Of a DNA stretch of 64,000 nucleotides, positions 9,912-20,885 are shown in pieces. Below the pieces are notes generated by a model. It ran no database searches, was not told where the DNA came from, and saw only the letters and a list, made by a program, of their open reading frames with translations. Both the position numbers and the translations under genes were made by a program. Positions within the stretch are counted from its first letter, which is position 1, and each line of letters starts with the position of its first letter. The stretch comes from an uncultured delta proteobacterium (lineage in GTDB: Bacteria > Myxococcota_A > Polyangia > Fen-1088), in contig CAWCMR010000013.1 of NCBI GenBank assembly GCA_963796685.1, forward strand, positions 160,001-224,000, written 5' to 3'.

Positions 9912-12137
9912 ATGCCTGACATCGGACGACGTGGATTCCTGGGCGGCGCGGGCCTCTTGGCCTCGGTGGTCGCGGGTTGTCGGCCGGGCCGGGATCCCTA
10001 CACGGCGCAAAAACCGTCCGTACCTGTCGAGCCCGGGCTGCGCCCGGGCAGCGAGAAATTCGTCTCCACCACCTGCGGACTGTGCCAGGCCGGCTGCGGC
10101 TTGCGCGTACGCGTCGTGGACGGTCGCGCGGTCAAGGTTGAGGGCAGCCCGGAATCCTCGGTGAATCGCGGCGGCTTGTGCGTGCGCGGGCAGGCCGGGC
10201 TGGAGGTGCTCTACCATCCCGACCGCATTCGTGGTCCCAGGCGCAGGGTCGGCGAGCGAGGGCAGAATCGCTGGCAGGAGCTCTCTTGGGACGAGGCCAT
10301 CGCAGAGCTGGCGGCCGAGCTGAACAAGCTGCGCGCCGCGGGCGCGCCACAATCCCTCGTGGTGTTGGACGGGGAGCGCACGGGCACCACGCACGCGTTG
10401 TGGGCGCGCCTTCTCGAGACGTTCGGCAGCCCCAACCACATCGGGCACGGCGCCACCGGGGTCGGGGCCATGGCACGGGCCGTGCGCCGTCTGACCCGCA
10501 AGACCTCCCTGCCGGCCTACGATTTCGAGAGTGCGCGATGCGTGCTTTTGGTGGGAACCGGGACGCTCGAATCCTCGCCCCATTTCATTCACCTGGCGCG
10601 CGCGCTGGCGGGCGAGGCGCGCCCACGCCTGCTTTGCGCGGCGTCGCGTCTGCCGCCCATGGCAAGCGTGGTGGACGAGTGGCTTTCCCTCGCTCCCGGC
10701 GGTTCGGCGCCCTTGCTGCTCGGACTGCTGCACGTCCTCCTGCGCGAGCAACTGGGCGACGAGTCCGTTCTCGAGGGGGCCAGCGGGTTTCTGCCCTGGG
10801 CCGACCGCGCCGGCACCCGACACGGCGGTCTGCGCGAACAGGTGTTGTCCGACTTCTCGCCCGACAGGGTCGAGGCGTGGACCGGGATTCCGGCGGCGCG
10901 GATCGCGGAGCTCGCCCGGGAGCTGGTCGCCGTTCGGCAGTCGGTGGTGGTGGTCGACGAGGGGACGTGCGACCCGGCCACCGCCTTCGCGGCGCTGCTG
11001 GTCAACGCCCTTGTCGGCGCCCTCGACGTGCCCGGCGGGATGCGCCTCGATCCTGCAGTGCCGCTCGCCGATTTCGGCGCGACCGACCTCGATGAGGTCG
11101 CCCGCATGGGCCTGCGCTCGCCCCCCGTCGACGGCCGTGCTCCAGGCCAGAGCGATTTCCAAGCTTCGCGGCTCCTTGGGCTACCCGAGGCGATTCTGTC
11201 GGGCAAGCCCTACGCGACCAAGGTCCTGCTGCTGAGCTACTCCAATCCCGCGTACTCGAAGCCCGACCCGCAACGCTGGCACGAGGCCATCGCCAACGTT
11301 CCTTTCGTCGTGTCCTTTTCTCCCGTGCTCGACGAATCGGTGCTGTCCGCCGACCTGTTGCTGCCCGATCACACCTTCTTCGAGCGCTGGGATGTGGTCG
11401 TGCCCGAGGGCAGCGCGGGGGTGCTGTCGCTGCGCCAGCCTGTCGTGCGCCCGCTTGCGAACACGCTGCAGACCGGCGAGGTCCTGCTGCGCTTGGCCCG
11501 TGCCCTCGGTCCGACCGTCGCCAGGGCTTTCCCCTGGCCCGACTACCAGGGGGCCGTGCAAGCCGGGCTCGGAAACGTGGAGGGGGGCGCCGAGGCCGTG
11601 CTGAGCGCGCTCGAATCCGCGGGCCAGTGGGGGCTCGACCCGGCGAAGCCAGAGGGCTCGGATCCCGACGGCGAGCGCCCGCTTACCCGACTCTTCGACG
11701 TGCGGGAGACGCTGTCGTCCGTGCCGGCGCCCACGGTAGGCGATCCGGTGCGGTTCCCATTCGTGTTGTTGCCGGTTCGCGGTCCGGGGTACGCCGAGGG
11801 GGGAAGGCGGTACCTTCCTTGGCTGTGCGAGCTGCCCACGCGGTCCGGAGATCCGCGCAAGGAGCGTGTGGAGATTTCGCTGGAGGATGCGCGAAGGCTC
11901 GGCATCGAGGATGGCGATGCCGTCATCGTGGAATCACCCGCGGCCCAGATCGAGATGTGGGCCGAGGTTCGCGCCGATATCCGGCCGGGCGCGCTGGCCG
12001 TGCCCTTGGGGGGCGGCCCAGGGCCCGCCTATGCCGCCGCGCCAGGCGCCGCCAGCTTGCTCGTCGGACTCGCCGACGCGACCTCGGGGCACTGGTTCGC
12101 GTACGCCACCCGCGCGCAAGTGAGGAAGGGCGCATGA
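9912..12137 (+). CDS. Molybdopterin oxidoreductase family subunit with Tat signal (QrcB-like)
   Basis: GRRGFL Tat motif, CGLCQAGC...C Fe-S motif, ADLLLPDHTFFERW, C-terminal dinucleotide-binding domain. Confidence 0.85.
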   Translation: MPDIGRRGFLGGAGLLASVVAGCRPGRDPYTAQKPSVPVEPGLRPGSEKFVSTTCGLCQAGCGLRVRVVDGRAVKVEGSPESSVNRGGLCVRGQAGLEVLYHPDRIRGPRRRVGERGQNRWQELSWDEAIAELAAELNKLRAAGAPQSLVVLDGERTGTTHALWARLLETFGSPNHIGHGATGVGAMARAVRRLTRKTSLPAYDFESARCVLLVGTGTLESSPHFIHLARALAGEARPRLLCAASRLPPMASVVDEWLSLAPGGSAPLLLGLLHVLLREQLGDESVLEGASGFLPWADRAGTRHGGLREQVLSDFSPDRVEAWTGIPAARIAELARELVAVRQSVVVVDEGTCDPATAFAALLVNALVGALDVPGGMRLDPAVPLADFGATDLDEVARMGLRSPPVDGRAPGQSDFQASRLLGLPEAILSGKPYATKVLLLSYSNPAYSKPDPQRWHEAIANVPFVVSFSPVLDESVLSADLLLPDHTFFERWDVVVPEGSAGVLSLRQPVVRPLANTLQTGEVLLRLARALGPTVARAFPWPDYQGAVQAGLGNVEGGAEAVLSALESAGQWGLDPAKPEGSDPDGERPLTRLFDVRETLSSVPAPTVGDPVRFPFVLLPVRGPGYAEGGRRYLPWLCELPTRSGDPRKERVEISLEDARRLGIEDGDAVIVESPAAQIEMWAEVRADIRPGALAVPLGGGPGPAYAAAPGAASLLVGLADATSGHWFAYATRAQVRKGA

Positions 12138-12970
12138 GCGGGAACGGCCGCAAGGTCGTCACGCGCCGCGAGGTCTTGACCTTGGCCGCGGCCACGGCGG
12201 GTGCGACGTTGGCCAAGACGGCAAGTGGATCGAGCCAAACATCCGTGGCGCCCTCCGCTGCCGCGACGCAAGCGGGCCGGAGACACCGTTTCGGCATGGC
12301 CATCGATCTCGACCGATGCACCCGCTGCCAGGCTTGCGTGGTGGCCTGCGCGGCGGAGAACAATGTACCCCCGCTCGGCCCCGAGCGTGCGGCGCTCACC
12401 CGCCCCATTCATTGGATGGATATGCTGATCCCGGAGGTCGGCGTGGACTCGGAGCTGGGCCGGGGGGCCGCGCCCATTCCGTGCATGCACTGCGAGCAGC
12501 CCGAGTGCGTGCAGGTTTGTCCCGTGGGCGCGACCTACAAGGCGGACGACGGGGTGGTGGTTCAGATCTGGGATCGCTGCATCGGTTGCCGCTACTGCAT
12601 GGCCGCGTGCCCTTACGGACGTCGCTACTACAACTGGACCGAACCTGCTTGGCCCGGCGGCGACCCCTCGAGCGCAAATCCCGACGTCGCCCTTCGCCCC
12701 GCCGGTGTGGTGGAGAAGTGCACCTTGTGCGAGCACCGCATCCGGACCGTCCTCGAACGCGCCCGAATCGACGACGAGCCCGTGACCGATGAAGTGCTGC
12801 AGCGGCTTCCGGCCTGCGCCTCCTCGTGCCCGGCGCGCGCGATTACCTTCGGCGACCTGGCCGATCCGGGCTCCGCACTCTCCAGGCTGGCCAAGGATCC
12901 GCGCGCCGTGCGGCTTTTGGCGCGGTTTGGGACCGGACCCAAGGTGTTCTACTTGCGAGGCGGACGATGA
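12134..12970 (+). CDS. 4Fe-4S dicluster subunit (NrfC/QrcC-like), Tat signal
   Basis: ATGA overlap with the previous gene; TRREVL; CTRCQACVVAC, CMHCEQPECVQVCP, CIGCRYCMAACPY, EKCTLC...PACASSCP. Confidence 0.92.
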   Translation: MSGNGRKVVTRREVLTLAAATAGATLAKTASGSSQTSVAPSAAATQAGRRHRFGMAIDLDRCTRCQACVVACAAENNVPPLGPERAALTRPIHWMDMLIPEVGVDSELGRGAAPIPCMHCEQPECVQVCPVGATYKADDGVVVQIWDRCIGCRYCMAACPYGRRYYNWTEPAWPGGDPSSANPDVALRPAGVVEKCTLCEHRIRTVLERARIDDEPVTDEVLQRLPACASSCPARAITFGDLADPGSALSRLAKDPRAVRLLARFGTGPKVFYLRGGR

Positions 12971-14454
12971 AGCCTCGTCCACCGGCCGCGTTCATCGCGT
13001 TCATCGCGTTGCTCTTGGCTCTGCTGGGACTCGGCGGCTACGCTTTCCTTCAGCAAATCGTGCGCGGCGATGTCGTCACGGGCATGCGCACGGTGGGGGC
13101 GGGCGGCGCGGTTTGGGGGCTCTATGTGGTGATGGACGGATTTCTCCTGGGTGTGGGGGTGGCGCTCATGGCCTGCGCGTGTGGGGCTCGCTTGTCACGC
13201 GATCGCAACCTGGAGGCCGCCGCACGCATCGCCATGCCCGTGGCCATCGCGTGTTTCCTCGGCGCCGCGCTTTGCGTACTGGCCGATCAGGGACGTCCAC
13301 TGGCCGCGCTGCGCAGCCTTTCACTTTTCGCTCGGCCACGGTCGCCCATGTTCGTGACCTTCAGCTCGGTCGCCGCGGTCTGCCTGTTCGCCAGCCTGGT
13401 CCACTGCGTGCTCTCGCGCAGGGCCGACCTGGCCGAATACGCGAAGCGTCCGTCCCGATGGCAGCCCCTGCAACGCCTGCTTTCCGCCGGGTACCGCGGC
13501 AGCGCGGGCGAGCGCTACCGTCGCCAAAAGGCCGGGTTCTGGATGTCGCTGCTCATGCTGCCCGCGCTGCTGGCGCCGCTCACGGCCTTGGCCATCATCT
13601 TCGTGGTCAGGCCGGCGCGGCCCCTTGCCCTGACCTTGCTCGAAGTGGCCGGCTTTCTCCTCCTCTCGGGCGCGGGGGGGGTGGCTGCCCTGCTTGGGGC
13701 CGCCGCCTTGGTTGGGCGCCTGGCAGGCCGCCACGCCGGGCTCGAGCCGCGCGGTTTCGCCCGGCTGGGCGAGGCCTTGCTGCTCATGGTCTCGCTGTCG
13801 CTTCCGTGCGTGGTGTCGGCCGAGATTGTCGGGCTCTTTTCCCACGAACCAGCGGTTTCGGCCTACGCGCGGGCGTTGCTCGGCAATGCCTACGGTGCTC
13901 TCTTCTGGTGCGAGCTCGCCTGTCTATTCGTCTCGGCCGCGCTGCTATGGCACGGGATCCGGCGCGGACAGCTTGGCTCCCGGTCGGCCGTGGGCGCCGG
14001 GGTGCTGGTGCTGGTGGCGACCTTCTTACACCACCATCTTCTTCTCGTGGCCTGGCAGACGCATGGCCTCTCCTTGCCTTATCGGGCGGGCGTCTACGCT
14101 CCGACCTGGATCGAGTGCGCGGTGGTCGTCGGTATCGTCGCCCTTTGTCTGCTGTTGCTGCTACCTTCGGTCCGCCTCATTCCATTCGCACCGCTCGCCT
14201 TCGAGGGCAAGCCCGTGAAGGGCAGGGCGGTCGATCACCGCCGCTCCCTGGTGACGGCCCTGTGGTTTGTGGGTGGGCTGGTCATCGCGGGGCTTGGTTT
14301 CGCGCTTTCGGCGCGCGTGGGGACCGAGTCCTTTCTCGATCCCGTTTTTGTCGCCAGTCCGGTTGTGTTCATTGTCGGCCTGGTCGTGCTGGCCACGACC
14401 GGGGCGGTCTACGAGCTTCTACCCGAACGCAAGTCGAGACGCCCCGTCGAGTGA
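12967..14454 (+). CDS. NrfD/PsrC-family membrane anchor (QrcD-like)
   Basis: ATGA overlap; WGLYV, ADQGRP and RSPM motifs, many TM helices, YAPTWIE near the C-terminus. Confidence 0.85.
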   Translation: MKPRPPAAFIAFIALLLALLGLGGYAFLQQIVRGDVVTGMRTVGAGGAVWGLYVVMDGFLLGVGVALMACACGARLSRDRNLEAAARIAMPVAIACFLGAALCVLADQGRPLAALRSLSLFARPRSPMFVTFSSVAAVCLFASLVHCVLSRRADLAEYAKRPSRWQPLQRLLSAGYRGSAGERYRRQKAGFWMSLLMLPALLAPLTALAIIFVVRPARPLALTLLEVAGFLLLSGAGGVAALLGAAALVGRLAGRHAGLEPRGFARLGEALLLMVSLSLPCVVSAEIVGLFSHEPAVSAYARALLGNAYGALFWCELACLFVSAALLWHGIRRGQLGSRSAVGAGVLVLVATFLHHHLLLVAWQTHGLSLPYRAGVYAPTWIECAVVVGIVALCLLLLLPSVRLIPFAPLAFEGKPVKGRAVDHRRSLVTALWFVGGLVIAGLGFALSARVGTESFLDPVFVASPVVFIVGLVVLATTGAVYELLPERKSRRPVE

Positions 14455-14620
14455 CTAGGAGGCTGGTGTTAAATGGCGGACCGAGCTCTGGCGGAGCGAG
14501 GAGCCCTGGCCGCGAGGCGCGAGGAGGGCGAATACTGGACGTATTGAACCGACGAGCAACGAAGCGGGCGGGGCCCGCAGCCCGCCAAGCGACGGGAGCC
14601 GTTTGACACCAGCCTCCTAG
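14455..14620. mobile_element. MITE-like miniature inverted-repeat element flanked by CTAG
   Basis: CTAG-GAGGCTGGTGTTAAATGGC ... GCCGTTTGACACCAGCCTC-CTAG terminal inverted repeats, no ORF, fills the gap between convergent genes. Confidence 0.7.
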
Positions 14621-17600
14621 GTCTTCTTCCGTCGCGTGCGCCGCTTCAGCAGGGCCGCGCCGACGAGAAGGAATGGGGCGGACCAGCCCAGTCGTCCGGT
14701 CCGGCTCGGGCGTCCGAGCTCGCAGCTGCATCCCGAGCGGTGCAGTCTCGCCTCGGTGATGGCGTCGATGCCTCCGCCATCGCGGATGGTGCCCCCCGAG
14801 CTGCCGCCCAAGGCGCCACCGCCATCGGCCTTGCCACCGGCGCCACCTGGCCCGACAGCGCCGCCCGATCCGAGGACGGTCCCACCTACGCCGGCCGAGC
14901 CGTCTCTGCCGCCGTAGCTGGCGGTGCCACCGCCGCCGCCGTAGCTGGTGGCGTAGCCACCGCTGCCGCCGCGGCTGGTGACGTAACCGCCGCTGCCGCC
15001 ACCGCCGCTGTAGACAGTGGTGTAGCCGCCGCTGCCGCCACGGCTGGTGGTGTAACCGCCGCTGCCCCCGCGGTTGGTGGTGTAACCGCCGCTACCGCCG
15101 CCACCGCTGTAAATGGTGCCGCCGCTGCCGCCGCGGCTGGTGGTATAGCCCCCGGTGCCACCGTAAGAGCCGCCGTATCCGCCGCCTGTTCCACCCGTGT
15201 ACGCGCAGGTTGGGTCGTACAGGCTGCACGAGCCATACCCGTCGCAGGTCGTGCAAGACGCGCAGGGGACCGCAGCTTGGGGGTACGCACAGTTGCCCAC
15301 GCCGTCGCAGGTGGACTTGCAGACCCCGGTGCCTTTCCCGCACTCGTTCTGCGGATCCGTGCCCGCCGGATAGGGGCTGCACTTGCCGGCCTGGCCGGCC
15401 AGGTTGCAGGAAGTGCAGGTCCCGGTGCAGGCATTGTTGCAGCATACGCCGTCCGCGCAGAGGCCCGAGGCGCAGGTCGAACCATCGGCGCACGGCAGTC
15501 CGTTGCTGCTCTTGCAGCTGCCGCTGCCGTCGCAGGCTTGCCCGTTCGTGCAGCTACCGGCCACTTCGCTTCCGGCCGTGGCATTCACGCAGGTTCCCTC
15601 GGACCCGGTGACATTGCACGACTTGCACGGCCCCGTGCAAGTCGCGGATTCGCAGCAAACACCATCGACGCAGTTGCCCGACGCGCAGGACGAGGCGAAC
15701 GCGGCCGTGCAGCCTTCGCCGTTGCCCCAGCCGGTGACCTTGTACTCCCAGGTCTCGTTGCTGTACCCGGTGTTGATGGAGCCGCCGAAGAGCACCGCCA
15801 CGCCGCGCGCGCTGTCGAAGGCCATCGTGGCGCTGTAGCGCGAGGATGGGGTGCTCGGCAAGGCGCGCACGTAGAAGGTCGGGCCCTTGGCGTCGATTTC
15901 CCAGGTCTCGTTGTAGCCCGTGGCGTAGTCGTAGGCGTCGCTGAGCAGGACCTCGCGTTTGCGGATGGAGTCGTAGACGACGTAGATCGCGTAGCCGTAG
16001 TCGAGGGAGTCGCCGGGATCGCGCAAGGCCCAACCCGCCGAAACCGGATCCCATTCCCAAAACGCGCTGAGCGAGGCCGGATAGCCCGAATTGTATTGGG
16101 GTCCGTCGAACAGGAACATCTTCTGTCGCCCCTCATCGTAGGCCATGCTCGGGTATTGCCGAGCCATGGGCGTCGCGGTGGACGCGGCCGGGGTTCGGTT
16201 GGTCCACGTGACCTTGGCTCCGTCCCACTCCCAGACTTCGTTGCTGGGCCCGTAGTTGTACGGAGGATACGGAGCACCTGGTCCGAACATGTAGTTGTTC
16301 ATGCCACCGAAGAGGAGGATCTTGAATCTCGTCGTGTCCGTCACCATGCCGTGTCCGTACAGACCATCCGGGCTGGTCGTGGGCTGAAGCTGCGACCACG
16401 TTCTCGAGGCACTGTTCCATTCCCAGGTGTCGTTGTAGACGGTCTGTCCGTAATAGCTGGTACCGCCGAAGAGGATGAGCGACTTTCTTTGCGGATCGTA
16501 AGCCATGGCGGCGTCCGCGCGGGCAGGCGGCCGTACGTCCGCGGCAACCTGCGCCCAGATGGTGCCGTCCCACTCCCAGAGATCGTCGAGGGTTTGCCCC
16601 GTTATGTCATAACCGCCATAGACGTAGGTCTTGCCGGTCGCCGGGTTGTAGGCCATGCAGTGGTCGGTGCGGGCTGACGGCACATCGAGCGCTGCCGAGC
16701 GATCGCTGAACGCGGGAGTCACCGGGTCGAGCTTCCCAGACCTCGTTGGAAGGGCTGGTGCCGTAGTAGCCGGTGCCCGGGTAGTAGGTCGTTCCGCCGG
16801 CGCCGCCCTTGCCGTAGGGATTGTAAGCCGTGGCGCCGTCGATGACCTCCAGACGCGCCCGCGCATCGTCGGATACCATGGAAGCGTACATGCGCGGGCT
16901 CGGCAGGTTGGCCTCGGCTCCGGTCAGCCGCTGGGTCCAAGCACCCGTCGTCGTATCCCAGTCCCACAAGTCGTTCAGACTGCCGCCCGTGGTCATGTTC
17001 GAGCCGCCGAACACGACGACCTTACCGCGGCTGCCGTCGAAGGCCATGGCATGGGCATAGCGCTCGCTCGGCTTGCTTCCGGCCGCGGTTCGCTCGGTCC
17101 AGGTGCCGGTCGCGGGATCCCATTGCCAGGTGTCGTGCTTCGGGACCCCCGCACCCGAGCTGTCCATCTGCAGGCCACCGAAGAGCACCGCGACGTTGTG
17201 GATGGAATCCCAGACCAGGCCGAGATCGTGGCGCGCGCTGGGGCTGGCCGCGGGGGCCAGCTGCGTCCACGTGTACGTCGTCGGATCCAGCTCCCACGTG
17301 TCCCCGAGCGAGGCGGTCATCCCCGTGCCGTCGTACGAGCTCTGGTCGCTGCGCCCGCCTCCGAAGAGGAGGATCTTGCCCGTAGATTTTTCGTAGACCA
17401 TGCCCTGCTGGGCGCGCGCTGCGGGATGGTTGCCGGCGCTCGTCATGTCGGTCCACACGCCGGTGGCGGGATCCCATTCCCAGGTGTCCTCGTAGTCGTA
17501 GTTGCTGCCGGCGCGACCGCCGAAGAGCACGAGCTTGGCACGCGCGGAGTCGTAGACCATGGTCGCGCCCGAGCGCGCCTGCGGAGCAAGCCCGGTTCCG

Positions 17601-17920
17601 GTCCGGTTCGTCCACTTGCCGGTGGCGGGGCTCCACTCCCAGGTTTCTTGGGTCGGGCCGCCCGTGCCCGTCATCATGTTGAAGAGGGTGCCGCCGAACA
17701 TCACGACGACCTTGCGGCTTTCGTCGAAGGCAGCGGCTTGCAAATAGCGACCGTCGGGGATGGTGCTGGAACCGACCTTCTGCCAGGTGGCAACCTCGGA
17801 GGAGGGCAGTTTGCCCAGCGCCACGCGGGCGGACTCGGTGGGCGAAACCGCCCCTTGGTTTTCCTCGTTGCAGGTGGCGAGCAGAAGCAGAGCTATGACT
17901 GCGCCGTTTCTGGGCTTCAT
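14617..17920 (-). CDS. Kelch-repeat (double beta-propeller) cell-surface protein with Cys-rich region, Gly-rich linker and MYXO-CTERM-like tail; one +1 frameshift near 16734
   Basis: Repeated AYD...LFGG...DTWEWD blades in ORFs 16607-17920 and 14617-16866, which join (EVWE|LDPVTPAF) if one A is removed. CVDGVCC repeats, GGSGGYTT repeats, tail GCSCELGR...WSAPFLLVGAALLKRRTRRKKT. Confidence 0.8.
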
Positions 17921-18135
17921 CGGGGCCTCCTTGGAAGTTTAAGCGAACGCGCGTCGGATTCTGACACGAGTAGAAATCGCTGAGAAGTGGGTGCGATCAC
18001 TGCGCGACCAAGGAACAGTGTCGCAAGACACCGATTCCTTACAGATCCCGCGTTTCTCGGGCAAGCAAGATGCACGCCATGCGGATCCCAATCAAAGGAG
18101 GCGAAAGGTAGCCCAGGTATTGGAGAAAAGCGAAA

Positions 18136-18930
18136 CTAGCCTGACATCCGTGTCCGGCTCGTGTCGTCGCCCTCGGCTTCGTGATCGAGGAACCACAGCA
18201 AGCGCGAGCTGGAGGCTGGGACGACGCCGACGACCGGCAAGGCGTGGAAATCCGACGGACGCTGTGCCGCCTCCCTCAGCGCCGCTTGCTTGCTCGCCCC
18301 CGTCACCAACAGGGCTATCCAGTGCGAATCATTCAGAAGCGGATAGGTCATGGTCATGCGCGGGCGTGGAGGCGTCACGTGCTCGCCATCATTCAAGGTC
18401 ACCCATCGCTTCCGTTCGTCGAGTGCCGCCGATTCGGGGAAGAGACTGGCCGTGTGGCCATCCGGGCCCATGCCCAAGACCACGGCATCGAGGCGCCGAT
18501 CGTCGTCGCGGCGCTCAGCCATGGCGGCTCGCAGCTCGGCTTCGTAGCGGGCGGCTCCGTCCGTCTGCAGCACGGGCATGGGGTGGAAATTCGCCACGGG
18601 CATGGCGGTGCTCGCGATGACGGCATCCCGGATCAGGTTTGCGTTCAACCTGGGATCGTCGAGAGCGACGCAGCGTTCGTCCACCATCCACACGTGGATG
18701 CGCGACCACTCGGAAGCGGAGAGAGGGGCGAGCTCGGCAAGGGCCGACCCGAGCAACCTCGCCGACGAGCCGCCCGAGAGGGCGAGGTGCGCGGACGCAA
18801 CCACGGCCAACCGTTGCCTCAAGTGGTCGGCCAAGCGAGCCGTCAGTCGTCGGCCGGCCTGGTCGGCGGATACGCTCACGACCGATTCGCCGCGTAGCCG
18901 CGGTCTCTCTTCGGATCGGCCATCAGCCAT
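18136..18930 (-). CDS. pgl: 6-phosphogluconolactonase
   Basis: LALSGGSS, WMVDERCV, VLGMGPDGHTASLFP, RMTMTYP; follows zwf. Confidence 0.93.
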   Translation of the reverse strand: MADGRSEERPRLRGESVVSVSADQAGRRLTARLADHLRQRLAVVASAHLALSGGSSARLLGSALAELAPLSASEWSRIHVWMVDERCVALDDPRLNANLIRDAVIASTAMPVANFHPMPVLQTDGAARYEAELRAAMAERRDDDRRLDAVVLGMGPDGHTASLFPESAALDERKRWVTLNDGEHVTPPRPRMTMTYPLLNDSHWIALLVTGASKQAALREAAQRPSDFHALPVVGVVPASSSRLLWFLDHEAEGDDTSRTRMSG

Positions 18931-18933
18931 GGG

Positions 18934-20514
18934 CTAGGCTCCACTCTCGGTGGCTTCGGCGTCCATGGGGCGAGGCGGCTCGGCCCGCGAGCCGTCGGTC
19001 TCGGGGTTGCGCCACTTGCCGAACGGTTTGATGAGCGCGTCCGCGGCCGCCGGTCCCCAACCCCCCGAGGGGTAGAGCTCGAGCCCCGCCTCCGGATGAT
19101 CGCGCCAATGGTCGAGCACAGGCATGACGATGCGCCAGGCCGCCTCGACCTCGTGGCGATCCTTGAAGTGCGTCTGATCGCCCTGGATGGCTTCGAGAAG
19201 GAGCGTGGCATACGCCTCGAAGGGGACCGCCTGGAACTGGTCTTGGTAGTCGAAGTCGAGCAGGGCCGACTCGAGGTGAAGCCCATGGCCGGGCACCTTG
19301 CCCTCGAAGCGCAGGCTGATGCCCTCGTCCGGCTGCACGTTCACGACCAGCTGGTTGTGGCGAGGTCGCACGTGCCCGTTGCCAAGATTGCGAAACAAGT
19401 GCGGCGCGGGCTTGAAGTTGATCACGAACTGGGTCAGCTTGCGCCGCATGCGCTTGCCTGTGCGCAGGAAGAAGGGCACGCCTTCCCAGCGCCAGTTGTC
19501 GATGGACAGCTTGAGGGCGCTGAAGGTGTCGCAGTCCGAACCGGGCCTGACCCCGGGCTCTTCGCGGTAGCCGGCCAGCATCTTGCCGGCGACCTCGCCG
19601 CGCGCGTATTGCCCGCGCACGGCGACCTCGGGCACTTCTTCGTAGGCGATGGGGCGCACGGCCTCGAGCACCTGGCGCTGCTCGCTGCGCAGGTCCGCGG
19701 CGCGAAAGGAGCTCGGCGGCTCCATGGCGACGACAGCCATGAGCTGGAGCAGATGGCTCTGGATCATGTCGCGCATGGAGCCGATGCCGTCGTAGTAGCC
19801 GGCGCGGCCCTCGAGCCCGACAGTCTCGGCCGCGGTGATTTGAACATTGTCGACGTAGCGGCGGTTCCACAGCGGCTCGAAGAGCAAGTTGGCGAAGCGA
19901 AACACCAGCAAGTTCTGAACCGTCTCCTTGCCCAGGTAGTGGTCGATGCGAAAGACATCCTCGTCGTCGAAGACGCGGCCGAGGGCGCGGTTGAGCTCCT
20001 CGGCCGAGGCCAGGTCCGACCCGAATGGCTTCTCCACGATGATGCGCTGGCGGGGCGAGGCCTCCGACGGCGCCTGGCACCACAGCTTGCCGCCTTTGAC
20101 CAGGCCCGAGCTGCCCAGGTTGGCGATGATGGGCTGGTAGAGCTCGGGCGCGACCGAAAGATAGAACAAGGTGTTGCCGCCGGTTCCATAGCGGTCGCAC
20201 TCGAGTTGCAGTGCCTGCACGATGGCCGGCCATTCGGAAGGGCTGGCTGCGTCCGCGGCGTGGTAGCGCAGGCGCTGCGAGAAGGTGTTCCAAGCACTCT
20301 CGCTGAATCCCCGCCGGGCGGCACAGCCGGGCTTGCACCGCTGGCGGAAGCCCTCATCCCCGAGGCGGCTCCTGCTGATGCCGAGGACGCCCAGCCCATT
20401 GGGCAGGATGCCCGCGAGAAACAGCTCGAACAGCGCGGGGACGAGCTTGCGCCGGGTGAGATCGCCGGAGGCGCCGAAAATGACGATCAAGCAAGGAAGC
20501 TCTTGGTTGGTCAT
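18934..20514 (-). CDS. zwf: Glucose-6-phosphate 1-dehydrogenase
   Basis: [45 protein letters not shown]. Confidence 0.97.
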   Translation of the reverse strand: MTNQELPCLIVIFGASGDLTRRKLVPALFELFLAGILPNGLGVLGISRSRLGDEGFRQRCKPGCAARRGFSESAWNTFSQRLRYHAADAASPSEWPAIVQALQLECDRYGTGGNTLFYLSVAPELYQPIIANLGSSGLVKGGKLWCQAPSEASPRQRIIVEKPFGSDLASAEELNRALGRVFDDEDVFRIDHYLGKETVQNLLVFRFANLLFEPLWNRRYVDNVQITAAETVGLEGRAGYYDGIGSMRDMIQSHLLQLMAVVAMEPPSSFRAADLRSEQRQVLEAVRPIAYEEVPEVAVRGQYARGEVAGKMLAGYREEPGVRPGSDCDTFSALKLSIDNWRWEGVPFFLRTGKRMRRKLTQFVINFKPAPHLFRNLGNGHVRPRHNQLVVNVQPDEGISLRFEGKVPGHGLHLESALLDFDYQDQFQAVPFEAYATLLLEAIQGDQTHFKDRHEVEAAWRIVMPVLDHWRDHPEAGLELYPSGGWGPAAADALIKPFGKWRNPETDGSRAEPPRPMDAEATESGA

Positions 20515-20885
20515 GCCGATTAGCATAGCGCGTGCCGGCGGTAGTGAAAGGTGCTAACCAATGAGACATGGCGCCCAAAGTGGGCAAGAGATGGGGAAGA
20601 GCCCGTGCCCGAGAATCCGTGAGCGGCTCCTTCTGGCTCCGTGCGCCGCGGGCCTTCCGGTGAAAGGAAGAGAGAACAAGAGAGGACGGAAAAGGAGAAA
20701 AAGGACCGCAAAAGTCATGATTTACGAAACCCTGTGTTTCCGGTCCTTTGAGCTTGTAGGACTGGGGACTACGGATTGCCGGGCCGCCAGCCGACAGGAA
20801 TATCGGCAGGGGCGCGACTCAAAGCGAGACGAAATCCGCCGTACACTCATCCTAAAGAAGAAGAGAGCACACTCTCGAGGGGACG

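Noticed and set aside
14880-15200. GC-rich tandem repeats as a non-coding array
   Set aside because: They encode the Gly/Ser/Tyr linker of the kelch protein.
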